Positions 38,101-48,441 of a stretch of DNA of 64,000 bases are shown here, piece by piece (positions within the stretch are counted from its first letter, which is position 1; the number at the start of each line of letters is the position of its first letter). Below the pieces are notes generated by a model. That model had not been told where the DNA came from. It ran no database searches and saw only the letters and a program-made list of their open reading frames with translations. The stretch covers positions 1 through 64,000 of IMG/VR virus record IMGVR_UViG_3300026549_000032; one strand, 5' to 3'. Source of the DNA: a virus (taxonomy: Duplodnaviria; Caudoviricetes). Made by a program: the position numbers and the translations under genes.

Positions 38101-41100
38101 AGTAACTGGCCGTGAAGTATGCTTTGCATTTATCGGAAACGAACCAGGTACATTCTCTAGTAAAGATCAAACCTTAGAGACTACTATTCGAATAACCAGC
38201 TTTGATGATAGAAGTTCTGTAATAATTCCTCTCCATAGAAAGTATTTTAATCAACAGTCTAGTGGAGGTGTCCTGAGTAATCAGGTGTTAGATACTAACA
38301 TAACTTCAACAACTACGCAGGATGAGATAGTATTTATCAAGCCTGGAGTTCCTGGTCAACTTGATTTCCAGTTTGTATCAAACTTGGAGACTATTACGGA
38401 ATATACTCCGATAGCAGAAGATGCGACAACTAAGATCACCATTAGTCATCCTAAGGGCAATCCTTACTTTGATTATGGCTCTTACCTAGCAAAGTCCACT
38501 GTAAAGAGAGGTACTAAGATTACAACGATAGACTCTCGTGGTTATATTAGATCTGATTCTAGTGTATCATATACCCCTGGTTCTATTCTTGGTAAAACAT
38601 ATCCTATTTCACCGATGGGATTAGTTAGAGTTAAGAACCCTGGAGATCTTTATCAGGCAAATAATGAGTCCATTAGTGTTACCTTGTATCAACTCATAGA
38701 TGCTCCGAAGATTACAACGAATTATGAGACCGAAGGTAGAGTTGTAGCTTTGACTAATCGAACCGGTAACTCTAAGATGCTCTATGTCAAGGCAGAGAAC
38801 ACGATTTATAATGTTTGTTATACTGTCGGTAATAGTGGAACATACGTAGTTGTAGAAAGAGATTCTGTCGGTTATGCAGAGTTTAATGTTGCTGACTCTA
38901 CTGGTACTAACCAGGTAAGTGTTGTTCGCATGGCTTCAGAAGATAGTGACTTAGGTGAGGCTTGGAAGATAACCTCTCTATGTGACTATCCTGCTGAAAC
39001 TGAGGATATGGTTTTTGGCGGTCTCAGATTTATAACTTACGTCCCAAAAGGTGGTTTCTTACTGGATGAGGATGGAGAAAGAATCCTAACCTACGATCAG
39101 CCAACAGTTGACCTCCTAGTGGGAACAAACAAGACTGACATTAGTCTGAAGAGACTTAGTAAGAAGAATTCTGAATCTTCTATTGAGGGAGGTAATCAGG
39201 AACAACCAATCAGTAGATACGGTGAGACCAGAGAATATACAATTTCACTGTCAGATCCTGAGGCTACTATTGATGTTAATGAGTATAGGAACTCTTGGAA
39301 AGACTACATCAACTCGATTACCTGTAGTGGTCTGTCTTTGACTGTAGATTATAAGAATCGATTAACTAGGTTTGGTGTTAATTATAGTGGTACATATTAC
39401 TCTAGTTTCGGAAGTTCTCGTCTTTCCTATACTCGAAAGTCAATAGATGGAGAGTATAAGTATATAATTTCAGATACAGCCCTCCTGAATAAGATGGTCT
39501 CTATTGCAAACGGTAATATAGACTCTAACTTCTCAATTCAAATAGGGGGTAAACAAGTCACCACAACTGGTATCACACAAGATCCGTGGGAATACGGAAT
39601 AATGGTAGACGGTTATCTCTTTGCTGGAGGTAATAATGGTAGATATTCTGAGAGCTTAGATTTCGAAGGAGGATCAATCTCATTCTATGCTTGTAAGGTT
39701 AAGTTCCCGAAGAACAAGAGCAATAATGGAACAGAGAACTCTAACGTAGTTCCTTTATCAGATCCACTAACTGTTAAAGTAACTAGAGCAGACGATGCTG
39801 ACTATACGCTTCAAGCAACAGGAGCTTTCATTAATAGAATTGAGTCCAATGGTAATGCCTATAGTACAGGAACTCCTTATGCATTCTCTAAGAATAGTCA
39901 GGGAGGAAATAGTACTCTGACCTATACGATAGATATATCTGATGACTACGGAAATAGAGTATTTTTCAATATTACCCAAGCGCCGAAAGATACGTTTGAA
40001 GTATATCTATATAGTCGCTACGATGAAGAGGAACATAAGTGTTGGGAGACTGATAAACTAAAGGGCATTATCTTCAATACTCAAGGTACTCTTTATACGG
40101 ATGACAATAACAGTGTCTATATGCTCACGGACTATGGTGTTAATGGCGAGTCTGGTTTAAGCCCCGACTTCTTTAATAGTTCTTATTCATCCTATGTGCG
40201 TGATGAGGGAGGAGCCTCAATTTCAGGATCCTATAACTTCAACGAGAACATTAACTACAGACTAGTATCTTCTAATGGAGTTACTAGAGAAGGTGATACC
40301 ACAGAATATGCTCTCTATGAATTGACACCGTTCTCTAAGTTGTCCAGGGCTACCAATTATAGCAGTAGTGGTGGTCCGGCGAGAATGCCAGGCCATATTA
40401 GGTTTATTCGTGACATTCAGATAGGTATTAACTACAATTCTTATGCAACAGTTACTGCCTATTATGGAAGTTCAACCTTACAACTTGTGGACCCTGTTGT
40501 AACATACGTCTCTGTTCGAGAGAAAGAAGATGATGAAGGGCAGGGGACAGGTGAATATTATCCGCCACATTACATTATTAACTTCTTTGAGAATGATAAT
40601 ATAGAGTTCAACAAGTATACGGCAAATGGTTCTTACTTGATGTCAGATACTAAGCCCAATAGTGGAACCTCTACTGTCCCTGTAGATGGCGGTATTCATA
40701 TCTCTTATGCAGAGTTCTCATCGACCCCAGTATCCTCTCTGAAGTTCTCTAGGTACTTCAATCCTTACGGCTATTTTGAGGGTTGGGGACTAGAGTTCTC
40801 TAGGTATGAGTGGGAGTATGACTTAAATCATAATCCAACAGCTACCTATGAGTGCTGGTTCAGAAAAGAAGGTAATGATGGTCATAAGATTATTCGCGTT
40901 AAGAGTGCATATGGAGCTAATGTTGAATACATAACTGACGAGGCCGACTTACAAAACGCGGAGTATTATCCGGAGAGTACAGCTTCGATAGATATCATGA
41001 TATCGCCATACACAGAGTCTTCAAACTTCCTTGTAGATGATGGCTATTATCCGGCCTTAAGTCTTGTCTTAGGGAAAAGCTTGTTCACAAGTAATGGAAA

Positions 41101-41212
41101 TAATCACGTATTAAAAAACAATATATCAGTAGACATAGAAACTGAAGATAGAGGAACAGTTAGCTTCTATGTGACAGCTGTTCTTAACTTGACTACGGTT
41201 TCTTCTACGTAA
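35129..41212 (+). CDS. Very large beta-rich tail/baseplate protein (probable tandem Ig-like domains)
   Basis: 2027 aa, rich in S/T/Y/G. Internally repeated segments ('NLTDKWWYP..PDGK...RFYCVQRP' vs 'QASWWPKNTEGK...TFYCVVRP') and BACON-like endings ('GITQD', 'FNITQAP'). Confidence 0.6.
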   Translation: MTLRFSDNFKKEIQELGNAVLLKEATLLGGLRDEGTFIEFQSLWNEETKTLSITLDLSEISADQVEGVNVIQVYYSDLSGERIGEAFQLRSPNDLLLCHKKRDPVNYDEPVTYLTRDLNHITVYFPSTTVADIKTVLSDDNTKFLEKYAGMQGVNTFLAREGRYEETDYLTKDSYEAYIRDRISLTNSIPLYLDKNGEKVTSISTYKHYKKIEIYSEGDTPQTTSGSKTKYTINNGGTANIVGTVFYDLYSVSNGVYTLERENLRMDLSPTTLVQLDMATGTPLEETTSAITIDPFQKAITFDSDQTSEINDFACLLTFTPEINDDNLGMIAGNSFTIKSNVVEFVTYLRWNVEYGSSLYEDGVVVLVFDSPRGSGLWNFEEDEDSRENCITVFSESNIDPQMDIVITPEDPDRFNSYFEIILPQEGVFESSNKRWRYDIKIVTTQDNLTDKWWYPLGPDGKGTMVLSRITVNSGTKNAASDIRFYCVQRPTWPLVIAGSSDQTSETFSTGIGPKEVKFYLDRPIDNYTTWEVDMSGLDSDLLITSQTHDLVDYDSGTVVSPTSAISAKTMVYAAHSEEVNLGSVTFRRRNRAGAADFSYWKDLIYCHPVNDITIEFFIDRLDFEAESVTADPDRVNYPDVPSVPTKYYYPVEDTYKRLYIFNPGETKSFILNTATTTGLNVNMSVDFQSIFEQFFTTSVTKKTEGSFKVEITAKPRNPEYDQASWWPKNTEGKPIELFIGNETFYCVVRPNLPELMFYIPEGDSYKVVSEVEMTSEKNQIEGPNNTIAHRQIVYVVSNVLSSEFPGWTVFSKDNEMEVYSVNPSDNTGSSMSGTVLDSNIDNWPSKGQQYTMLTTNTLPYDVTTVKFDDLVVRRTAGTGFVDEIDGLFEDWRNQLVDNTYSLGLSLAPTGKSDKITVQYLTSGGNREDYIEGLPLELDYIGLYRIYVKSEMGFRVSLPSSNKRDGFYFFNSSGNEIKWDVLTLDEGSFDTVTGREVCFAFIGNEPGTFSSKDQTLETTIRITSFDDRSSVIIPLHRKYFNQQSSGGVLSNQVLDTNITSTTTQDEIVFIKPGVPGQLDFQFVSNLETITEYTPIAEDATTKITISHPKGNPYFDYGSYLAKSTVKRGTKITTIDSRGYIRSDSSVSYTPGSILGKTYPISPMGLVRVKNPGDLYQANNESISVTLYQLIDAPKITTNYETEGRVVALTNRTGNSKMLYVKAENTIYNVCYTVGNSGTYVVVERDSVGYAEFNVADSTGTNQVSVVRMASEDSDLGEAWKITSLCDYPAETEDMVFGGLRFITYVPKGGFLLDEDGERILTYDQPTVDLLVGTNKTDISLKRLSKKNSESSIEGGNQEQPISRYGETREYTISLSDPEATIDVNEYRNSWKDYINSITCSGLSLTVDYKNRLTRFGVNYSGTYYSSFGSSRLSYTRKSIDGEYKYIISDTALLNKMVSIANGNIDSNFSIQIGGKQVTTTGITQDPWEYGIMVDGYLFAGGNNGRYSESLDFEGGSISFYACKVKFPKNKSNNGTENSNVVPLSDPLTVKVTRADDADYTLQATGAFINRIESNGNAYSTGTPYAFSKNSQGGNSTLTYTIDISDDYGNRVFFNITQAPKDTFEVYLYSRYDEEEHKCWETDKLKGIIFNTQGTLYTDDNNSVYMLTDYGVNGESGLSPDFFNSSYSSYVRDEGGASISGSYNFNENINYRLVSSNGVTREGDTTEYALYELTPFSKLSRATNYSSSGGPARMPGHIRFIRDIQIGINYNSYATVTAYYGSSTLQLVDPVVTYVSVREKEDDEGQGTGEYYPPHYIINFFENDNIEFNKYTANGSYLMSDTKPNSGTSTVPVDGGIHISYAEFSSTPVSSLKFSRYFNPYGYFEGWGLEFSRYEWEYDLNHNPTATYECWFRKEGNDGHKIIRVKSAYGANVEYITDEADLQNAEYYPESTASIDIMISPYTESSNFLVDDGYYPALSLVLGKSLFTSNGNNHVLKNNISVDIETEDRGTVSFYVTAVLNLTTVSST

Positions 41213-41228
41213 ACCCAAACTAAGTGTA

Positions 41229-41921
41229 ATGTTTATTATAAAAGCTTTCAAAGACCTTGCGAACTGTTTAATTGCCCTAGAAAAGAACTTAGGGTTTAGG
41301 ATGTTCGTTAAGTACACCCTATACCTATTGTTAATAGTAGTGGTATTAAATTATCGTACAGTTGTTAAAGAAGCCGTTGAGTTTGTAACAGAAATCAACT
41401 CAGAAATACACATTGAAAAGATGAAGCTACAAGATAGTTACTATAGAGATCTGACCCCGCTTCTAGCTGAGTTTAGAGCCGAAGTTGGTGCGGATCGAGT
41501 AATGTATTTTGAGTTTCATAACTCTGTTGAGACATTAGAAGGACTTCCTTTCAAATTTTTTGACTTAGTTAAGTGTGTTCCTGAATATGGCATCCCTGAA
41601 GTACAGGGAGATGTATACAAGAATGTAAATGCTGCTATGTATTCTGAGCTGTTTTTTGATATAAATAATGGTAAAATTCTAACTTGTCATGGATTCTACG
41701 ATAAAAATTTTAATACAAATTATCGAGGGATTTATGAACTAATTAATGAGTCAGACCACGCAGAACAGATGGTTATTTTTAGTGTTCCGGGTATACGCAG
41801 ACCGATCGGTTTCATTATATTAGAGTGGATGGATCATACGGAGGATATTAATGTAGATTCTAAAATCATAAATAAGTTTCTCCCAAGAATAAATGCCATC
41901 TCGGCACATGTTCGAAATTGA
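41229..41921 (+). CDS. Holin-like protein (single TM plus periplasmic GAF-like domain, T4 gpT-type)
   Basis: Hydrophobic 'YTLYLLLIVVVLNY', then 'VGADRVMYFEFHNS....GLPFKF' and 'PIGFIILEW'. Confidence 0.6.
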   Translation: MFIIKAFKDLANCLIALEKNLGFRMFVKYTLYLLLIVVVLNYRTVVKEAVEFVTEINSEIHIEKMKLQDSYYRDLTPLLAEFRAEVGADRVMYFEFHNSVETLEGLPFKFFDLVKCVPEYGIPEVQGDVYKNVNAAMYSELFFDINNGKILTCHGFYDKNFNTNYRGIYELINESDHAEQMVIFSVPGIRRPIGFIILEWMDHTEDINVDSKIINKFLPRINAISAHVRN

Positions 41922-41961
41922 TATTTTGCGTTCAAGAAGACACTAATACCTAATAGGTGTA

Positions 41962-42033
41962 AAGCGGAAAGAATATTTTTGATATGAATAAATTTGGTTG
42001 TTTGATTTTATTGATAGAGTATTCTTTCCGTTT
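41962..42033 (+). promoter_or_regulatory. Long intergenic hairpin upstream of the second structural/fibre operon
   Basis: CGGAAAGAATA (41965-75) / TATTCTTTCCG (42020-30) is a perfect 11-bp match that extends with G-U pairs; it ends 20 nt before ATG 42054. Confidence 0.55.
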
Positions 42034-42053
42034 CTTTAACTATTAAAAAATTT

Positions 42054-43598
42054 ATGGCAACAAACAAGAAAGCAAAAATACAGATCACCCGAGGGGCACA
42101 TATCGAAGTTAGTAGAGACATTGCTTACCTTAATCTCACTCGAAATCATAGATTCTCAAAAGGTGAGATAGTGATGATGCAGTACTATAAGCAACCCGAT
42201 GTCCGAACAGACATTAGTGTTCTTATGGCTATTGGTATAGGGGACGGTACTGGTGAAGAATTCTTCCGTGTCATAGAGGCTGGTGCACAAGTACCTGTCA
42301 GAAAGGTGGCTATCGGAAATGAGAATCTCCCTGATACCTCACTCCTTGAGCATGGTGAAATCTATGTTTGGTATGGTGATGCTGACCTGAGGGATGACGA
42401 AGAAGAATTTGCTTGGTATTATGTTGATCGCCCAGAAACCTCTCGTAGGATTCGCAGAATTACAGAAGGTCCTTTCATATTTCTTGACTTAGAAACTGGT
42501 TATAGGTGGTTCTATAAAGACCAAGAGTGTAAGAGGGAGGATGACTTCTTCACGGTAGAAACCATTGAGGCCATGATGCAGCTCTTGATAGATTCTAAAC
42601 CATCTATCACAGTGAAGGCATCTAATAACAGTAGTCTCTTATTCGAAGTAGGAGATGTTAAGAACATTACTCTCGACGTTAATGTGAGGGACGTTCTCGG
42701 AAAGGATATCACAGGCAAGTGTCTGTACTTCTATGATGGAGAAGAGATATTTCTCGATAGAAATGGTCGTTATACCGTTACTAATATTAACAAAGACACG
42801 ACGATTAAGATCGAGGCTCGTCAACCTATTACCAGAAATGTATTTGTCCCAGTTACGGGTCAAGTTACCGTTAAGTTTGGTCATTTCTTCTACTTTGGAC
42901 GTGTACCAGGAGACTGGCATCCAGCCGATGGTGGAGAGATTTCTAGACTTGAGTATAAAAAACTTCACTATAAAGCAGACTTTACTTGGGAAAGAATTAA
43001 GCTTACCGGACAGAAGATAGTCTTTGCTTATCCCAAGATTTATGGTGACTTATCTCATATATTCGATGATCATGGCTTAGATTATCTGAGAACCTATGAT
43101 CATTATGAAGAAAATTACTTCATTAATGACGTTGAATATACCGTCTACATCAAGAAAGACGTAGTTGATATTGATGGTCTTAAACAGAAGTTTGTATTTA
43201 TTGAGCCTGACGAACTCGACCTAGAGAGCGCCACTATGCTTGATATCATTACTGCCTGGAAGATCAGAAATACAACAAGTGGTTTTGTCCAGCTCGATGA
43301 GAACGGTAAAATCCCAGAAGGACTTTATAACCTAAATGCTGCGTCATCTTTCATCCCCTTGGCGGGTATCGTTGATGACTATCCAGAATCAGACATGGTT
43401 CGCGATGAGTTGTACTATGTCACGAGTACTGGTAAACTTTATAAAGCGACTTCTGATACGCAAGGAAGTATTGAGGATGTTAATCCTGGGTTTATCTACA
43501 CTTATCAGAATAATTTCTATACATGGACAGGTTTGTCACTGAGACCCTTCGGTCGACTCTTGACTCGTGATATAGAAGATATAACAGAAATATTTTAA
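42054..43598 (+). CDS. Modular fibre/adaptor protein
   Basis: Ig-like segment plus a 'YFG...KIVFAYPKIYGDLSHIFD..G.DY....INDVEYTVY' domain shared with 58243..59205; 'FVQLDENGKIPEGL' fibre motif. Confidence 0.55.
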   Translation: MATNKKAKIQITRGAHIEVSRDIAYLNLTRNHRFSKGEIVMMQYYKQPDVRTDISVLMAIGIGDGTGEEFFRVIEAGAQVPVRKVAIGNENLPDTSLLEHGEIYVWYGDADLRDDEEEFAWYYVDRPETSRRIRRITEGPFIFLDLETGYRWFYKDQECKREDDFFTVETIEAMMQLLIDSKPSITVKASNNSSLLFEVGDVKNITLDVNVRDVLGKDITGKCLYFYDGEEIFLDRNGRYTVTNINKDTTIKIEARQPITRNVFVPVTGQVTVKFGHFFYFGRVPGDWHPADGGEISRLEYKKLHYKADFTWERIKLTGQKIVFAYPKIYGDLSHIFDDHGLDYLRTYDHYEENYFINDVEYTVYIKKDVVDIDGLKQKFVFIEPDELDLESATMLDIITAWKIRNTTSGFVQLDENGKIPEGLYNLNAASSFIPLAGIVDDYPESDMVRDELYYVTSTGKLYKATSDTQGSIEDVNPGFIYTYQNNFYTWTGLSLRPFGRLLTRDIEDITEIF

Positions 43599-43605
43599 CT
43601 GAGAA

Positions 43606-46600
43606 ATGGCAGAAATTAAAGGTACTAACCTAGCTGCGCCGATAGTTCCGTTTACCGACCAAGACGTCTATGCTACCCATGAAGCTAAGTATGGTAAGGG
43701 TGGTTATAGAACCGTCCAGAATATGGCCGAGCTTCGTGCAATCCCTACTCCTCGTTTGGAAGAGGGTATGCTCGTCTATGTGATGGACGACGATACTGGT
43801 GTTCATACATACCAATATCTTGGTGGAAAATGGGTTCGCAACAGAATTGGTAATGGTATTCCTATTTATACCCAGGAACTTATTGAAGATTTGGGTATCA
43901 ATCCTAGTGAAGATGAGTATATCTCCATCCCTAGCCTTGATACTGATCTCAATGGGGAGGTAGAAAATAAAACATACACGACCACGGAGAATGGTACATA
44001 CGTTGATGTTCTCTTTAAGGCCATACGTTCTTTGCAATCGGAAGTAGCCAGATTAAAAAATTCATTCACCTATGGAATCGAATCCTATACAGGTAAAGTA
44101 ACAACCATGTCTAGGATCGAAGGTGATTATGATGATATTGATGTAGAGGAAGAACCTCTTTGGGCAATTGATGAGGATGGTCTTAGCCAGCTCGGTGATG
44201 ACATTACTCTCGGCCCCGGTGGTGAAGCAGATTTTGATCCGTCTGATAATGTGACAGCGACCGTGGATGAAGGTGATTCTTATGATTCATTCCTCACTTT
44301 CACAAACAGTGCTCTCTGGACTGTAAAAGATTCAGCGGGAACTGGTAAGAGCTCCCAGATATATAACTGTACGGATAATAAAATATTCTTGTATTTCACT
44401 GCCAATGCAACTAAGATAAAACTTAACCTTGACGGTTACGTAGAAGATATAACAAAAGTCGATACAGATATTACTCCCCTTGAACTTGATCTGAACAAGA
44501 TTCAGTTGTCTAGGGCATCGTCTCGTGGATTCTATAATATACTTGTTGTGATATCTCGAAATCAGAAACTGACAAAAACAGATTCTGCTGGCCTTCCAGT
44601 TTATAGCTGGACTAGTGGCCAGAATTTTATTTGGATATCTATCGGTGATCCACATACAGACCAGACCTTGGCAGAAGGTTATTGGAGTGGTGATAAACTC
44701 TTTACCTCTAAGACTACTCTCAATAAGAGATACACCTTGGCAGGAGTTGTATTTACTAACTTAACCTTAAGTAAGTTCAACATTTATTCTAAGTGGCAGG
44801 ACTTCAGTCGTGAGATTGCTGGTTCTAAGCCCAGTGAAGAGGATTATAAATTTAAAGCTGCCCATATTACAATTAGATCAGTTGAAAAGCAGGCTGACTT
44901 GGTGAGCGTGAAAGACCAAATCATGAATAACGAGCTCATCTGGGTAGAAGAAACTAACCGACTTTGGATTAAAACAAAAAATGCCCTTACCATAATCGGT
45001 GGTGGCAATAATGACGATATTGACGATACAGGTATGACACAAGAAGAAATGATTGCCGCGTTGGAGGAAATGGGTATTGTCCAGGAGACCAATGGAGATC
45101 TTAAACTCTCTAATCTCGCTGTTGATGACATTACCTTTATTCATCAGGCGTCTGGCCGTCGCTTTAAGTTTGACATTGATGAGTCTGGTGAACTCCACAG
45201 TCAGGAGATCGGTAAGGACTCTGATACATTTGCTAGTAGAATTGGTACCGGATCGAGTGCACGTACTCTCACAAAGAACGTTCGTGGTTTCATTGGCCAG
45301 CTGAACGTTGTTGAGAAGAACCTTACCGCCACTAAAGACATTAAACTCAATAGTGACCGCCTCAAGATCGGTTCATTCTACGCTCCCCTCAGCACTGATA
45401 TCGTTCACGGCTGTTCTCACTCTTATGTTGAGCTTGAGAATACATCAGATCGTGACTATGCTCTGGAGGGATGTTACTTGCATCTGACGCGCCCTGATTC
45501 CGCTGGTAATCAGAAGGTATATCACCTGGCTCTTACTGGTGTTATTCCTGCCGGTGGTACTTATCTCGTAAGGGGTGCTAAACATGCTGAACCCGATGAT
45601 CCGAACGTATATCTGAAGATCACGGAATATGACCAAGAGTGGTATAACCTTGATGTACCAGCAGAGCCTAAGCTTCTCTCATTTGAGGTTGATATGTCTC
45701 TGGACTATACTGGTGGTCATAAGGGTTATGGTATTGCTCTGACTTACGGTAATAAGTTTGGAACGAGCGATGATCCAACCTCTTGGACAGAACCACTGAG
45801 TGCAACATATGCTCTCTACGAGGCTTCTAAATTAGGTGAAACGATTGGCGGTATTGCTATTACTTCTAGCAATAAGTCTAAGTTCCCATATAAGATGAAT
45901 CCGTACTTCATCGACGGTCTGTACTATAAGTACATGGTTACCAACGATGCTGGTACTGGTTTGTGGTCTTCAATCGCCGTAGATATTGTTAGCAACTCTA
46001 TTTATCGTAACACCTTTGAGCTTGATCCCGCTAAGCAGGCTTTCCAGGCCTTCACAACGGCAGATAGTTCTCGTGCTAGATGGGCTAACATTGCAAACGA
46101 TATTCAGGTAGTTGACCTCACCAACGAATTCATCACATTCCCTCATAGTGAGGATAAATATGCAATTTCTAATTATACACCAAAAGCATCTTACCAGCAT
46201 CGTAATGTAAGTACGGATAAGACTAAGCTGGATACAGAGAAACCTAATATGGTAACGACCGCTTTTGGTATTGACGTATATAGGACTCGTACTTTCAACT
46301 GGATTAGCGTAGGTTACTTTGATGAGTATGTTTGGATCAAGCCAAGCACTGCTTCTACTTGGTCAAAGCGTATTCAGTCTTACATTCCTATCGTAGAGAC
46401 TAAGCTAGTTGATAAGAGACCCAACAACACGACTGACGGACAGGGCAATGTAACCGCTTACAATACTATCCTGACTCTCAGCGTATCTAACCTTGGTGGT
46501 GTGGTAGGTGACCTTAACGAGTATTCACTGCTCTTAGACGCAGATCACAATAGTGTTGGTAGTATTACTATTAACACTGCCAGCAATGCTTCTTACACAG

Positions 46601-48432
46601 TTCAGATTAGTGGACAAGCCACGAACTTAGGAATCAACGATACATTCTATTTGGTACAGCCAGATGATGATGTCAATAGTGATGAATATCCCAAGAAGAA
46701 GTTCTTCAGTGGTGACATCACTAACAACATCTATGCTCGTCTGACGGGTCGATTCCCTGGTGATAATAGTTTCTATTGCTCTCACAAGGTTGTGGCTGAT
46801 ATTGTAGCGAGTGCTGTAGGAAGTCCTACCGAGTACACCTACATTGTGGGTCGTGCAGATAAGAACGGTAATCCCGACCTTGAGCACTGCTCTGATCCTA
46901 TGAAGTTTACCTTGTATCCGCAGTCTTATACTCCACGAGTATATCAAGTAACGGATCAGCAGGGTTTCCACTGGATCGAATATCAGGTTTGGGCAGCTGT
47001 TGCTAATTCACTGAATGATAAGATTGCTTCAGATCAAAGTCGCTCTCAGATTATTCCTATCCTGGTTAACACTGGTGATATGACCCAGAACGGTACTCGT
47101 ATTAATGAGTGGTTTGATTATTATCAGGCCGGTCGTTCTCTGTTTGATCACCTTGAGCAGATGAATGTAGTAGGTAATAACGACCTTTGTGGTACTAATC
47201 CATTTGTACTTGGAACTGGTGATGATGAAGGTAAGTCTAACTCCTTCTATTTCCACCTCTTCTACTGTTACGAGGTTAATCCCACACTATTCACTCCGCT
47301 CCTGCGTAACTTAAGTGGTGCAGCTAAGGCTCCTAAGTATATTCCTTCACTCTACTACTTTGATACTACTACGGATCGTTTCCTGGCAGTGAACTCAGAG
47401 TTGACTGAAGAGAATTGCAAGAGCTGGTTCAACCTGGTTTGGAATGGTAAGACAGTTAATGCTTATACAGGCTATACGATCGACTCTGATCGTGTATATT
47501 GCACTGACGGAAAGTTCACATCTATCTATACAATGCTCTGGCGTACCTTGAATGACGCCAAGACAAACAATAAAGACACCCTGGTTCTTTGCCATGAGAT
47601 GCCTTACACTGTTATCACAAATGAATCACTCCTGAAGACCGCTGCTCAGTACTCTCGTAGTATGTCTAATGCGGGTGCACTGGTAGGTTCTCATACTAAT
47701 CAGATCAGTCCTAATGAGGCCGATACTAGTGAGAATCCAAAGACAGCCGGTCTGTACTGGTTCAGTCGTCTCTTGGAATACTTTAAGATTCGTCTCGTAA
47801 TAGGTGGACACAAACACACCTACGCTTGTACTTATCCCGTTCGTGAGAACTATAACTACATGAAAAATGGAGCTAGCACAAGTTCAAGTGGTGGTCCAAT
47901 GGATATGCCTGAGACACTGCAGGATGACTACGTTAACTTCTATTCTATCGGTTCCGGCCAGAATAGTACTAAGTTCCCGTATGTTAAGCGTGAGTCTATT
48001 GGAGAACGTACCGATGAGGGATTCTATCCTGCAACGGTTATGAATACTCTGAGTGGTGGTGTGGTTTACTTTATGTGTCAGGCTTCTGGTTATAAGCTGA
48101 CTTCTAACAAGGAGTTGCCTTCACAGAATCAGAAGTACTCTCGTATCCTGCCTAAGACAACTACTACTTATAGTAATGGTGCTTATTCCGATAAGGCCAG
48201 TGATGAGCAGAAGTATCCAATGTTCTCTATTATCGAGCTTTCTAGATCTAGCAACTCTACGAAGTATAGAATTCGTCTGGCTCGTGTAACTAACATCATG
48301 AAGAAGTTTAAGTTCACACAGAAGAACTACGAAACAAAGGCTATTAAGATCCAGTGGCTTAAAGAGAATTCTACGGATAACTTTGGTACTTGGCAAGATA
48401 CCGAGGATTACTTATTCTCAGATCAAATTTAA
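43606..48432 (+). CDS. Giant lamin-tail-domain plus purple-acid-phosphatase/calcineurin-like metallophosphoesterase protein
   Basis: LTD-like 'SYVELENTSDRDYALEGCYLH...LTGVIPAGGTYLVRG'. Metallophosphoesterase motifs 'TDQQG', 'NTGDMTQNG', 'VGNNDL', 'CHEMPY', 'GGHKHTY'. Confidence 0.75.
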   Translation: MAEIKGTNLAAPIVPFTDQDVYATHEAKYGKGGYRTVQNMAELRAIPTPRLEEGMLVYVMDDDTGVHTYQYLGGKWVRNRIGNGIPIYTQELIEDLGINPSEDEYISIPSLDTDLNGEVENKTYTTTENGTYVDVLFKAIRSLQSEVARLKNSFTYGIESYTGKVTTMSRIEGDYDDIDVEEEPLWAIDEDGLSQLGDDITLGPGGEADFDPSDNVTATVDEGDSYDSFLTFTNSALWTVKDSAGTGKSSQIYNCTDNKIFLYFTANATKIKLNLDGYVEDITKVDTDITPLELDLNKIQLSRASSRGFYNILVVISRNQKLTKTDSAGLPVYSWTSGQNFIWISIGDPHTDQTLAEGYWSGDKLFTSKTTLNKRYTLAGVVFTNLTLSKFNIYSKWQDFSREIAGSKPSEEDYKFKAAHITIRSVEKQADLVSVKDQIMNNELIWVEETNRLWIKTKNALTIIGGGNNDDIDDTGMTQEEMIAALEEMGIVQETNGDLKLSNLAVDDITFIHQASGRRFKFDIDESGELHSQEIGKDSDTFASRIGTGSSARTLTKNVRGFIGQLNVVEKNLTATKDIKLNSDRLKIGSFYAPLSTDIVHGCSHSYVELENTSDRDYALEGCYLHLTRPDSAGNQKVYHLALTGVIPAGGTYLVRGAKHAEPDDPNVYLKITEYDQEWYNLDVPAEPKLLSFEVDMSLDYTGGHKGYGIALTYGNKFGTSDDPTSWTEPLSATYALYEASKLGETIGGIAITSSNKSKFPYKMNPYFIDGLYYKYMVTNDAGTGLWSSIAVDIVSNSIYRNTFELDPAKQAFQAFTTADSSRARWANIANDIQVVDLTNEFITFPHSEDKYAISNYTPKASYQHRNVSTDKTKLDTEKPNMVTTAFGIDVYRTRTFNWISVGYFDEYVWIKPSTASTWSKRIQSYIPIVETKLVDKRPNNTTDGQGNVTAYNTILTLSVSNLGGVVGDLNEYSLLLDADHNSVGSITINTASNASYTVQISGQATNLGINDTFYLVQPDDDVNSDEYPKKKFFSGDITNNIYARLTGRFPGDNSFYCSHKVVADIVASAVGSPTEYTYIVGRADKNGNPDLEHCSDPMKFTLYPQSYTPRVYQVTDQQGFHWIEYQVWAAVANSLNDKIASDQSRSQIIPILVNTGDMTQNGTRINEWFDYYQAGRSLFDHLEQMNVVGNNDLCGTNPFVLGTGDDEGKSNSFYFHLFYCYEVNPTLFTPLLRNLSGAAKAPKYIPSLYYFDTTTDRFLAVNSELTEENCKSWFNLVWNGKTVNAYTGYTIDSDRVYCTDGKFTSIYTMLWRTLNDAKTNNKDTLVLCHEMPYTVITNESLLKTAAQYSRSMSNAGALVGSHTNQISPNEADTSENPKTAGLYWFSRLLEYFKIRLVIGGHKHTYACTYPVRENYNYMKNGASTSSSGGPMDMPETLQDDYVNFYSIGSGQNSTKFPYVKRESIGERTDEGFYPATVMNTLSGGVVYFMCQASGYKLTSNKELPSQNQKYSRILPKTTTTYSNGAYSDKASDEQKYPMFSIIELSRSSNSTKYRIRLARVTNIMKKFKFTQKNYETKAIKIQWLKENSTDNFGTWQDTEDYLFSDQI

Positions 48433-48441
48433 TAAATATAC

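Noticed and set aside
7-41212. Two ORFs of exactly 2027 aa (7..6090 and 35129..41212)
   Set aside because: They share no sequence similarity and the first is probably truncated by the window edge, so this is coincidence.
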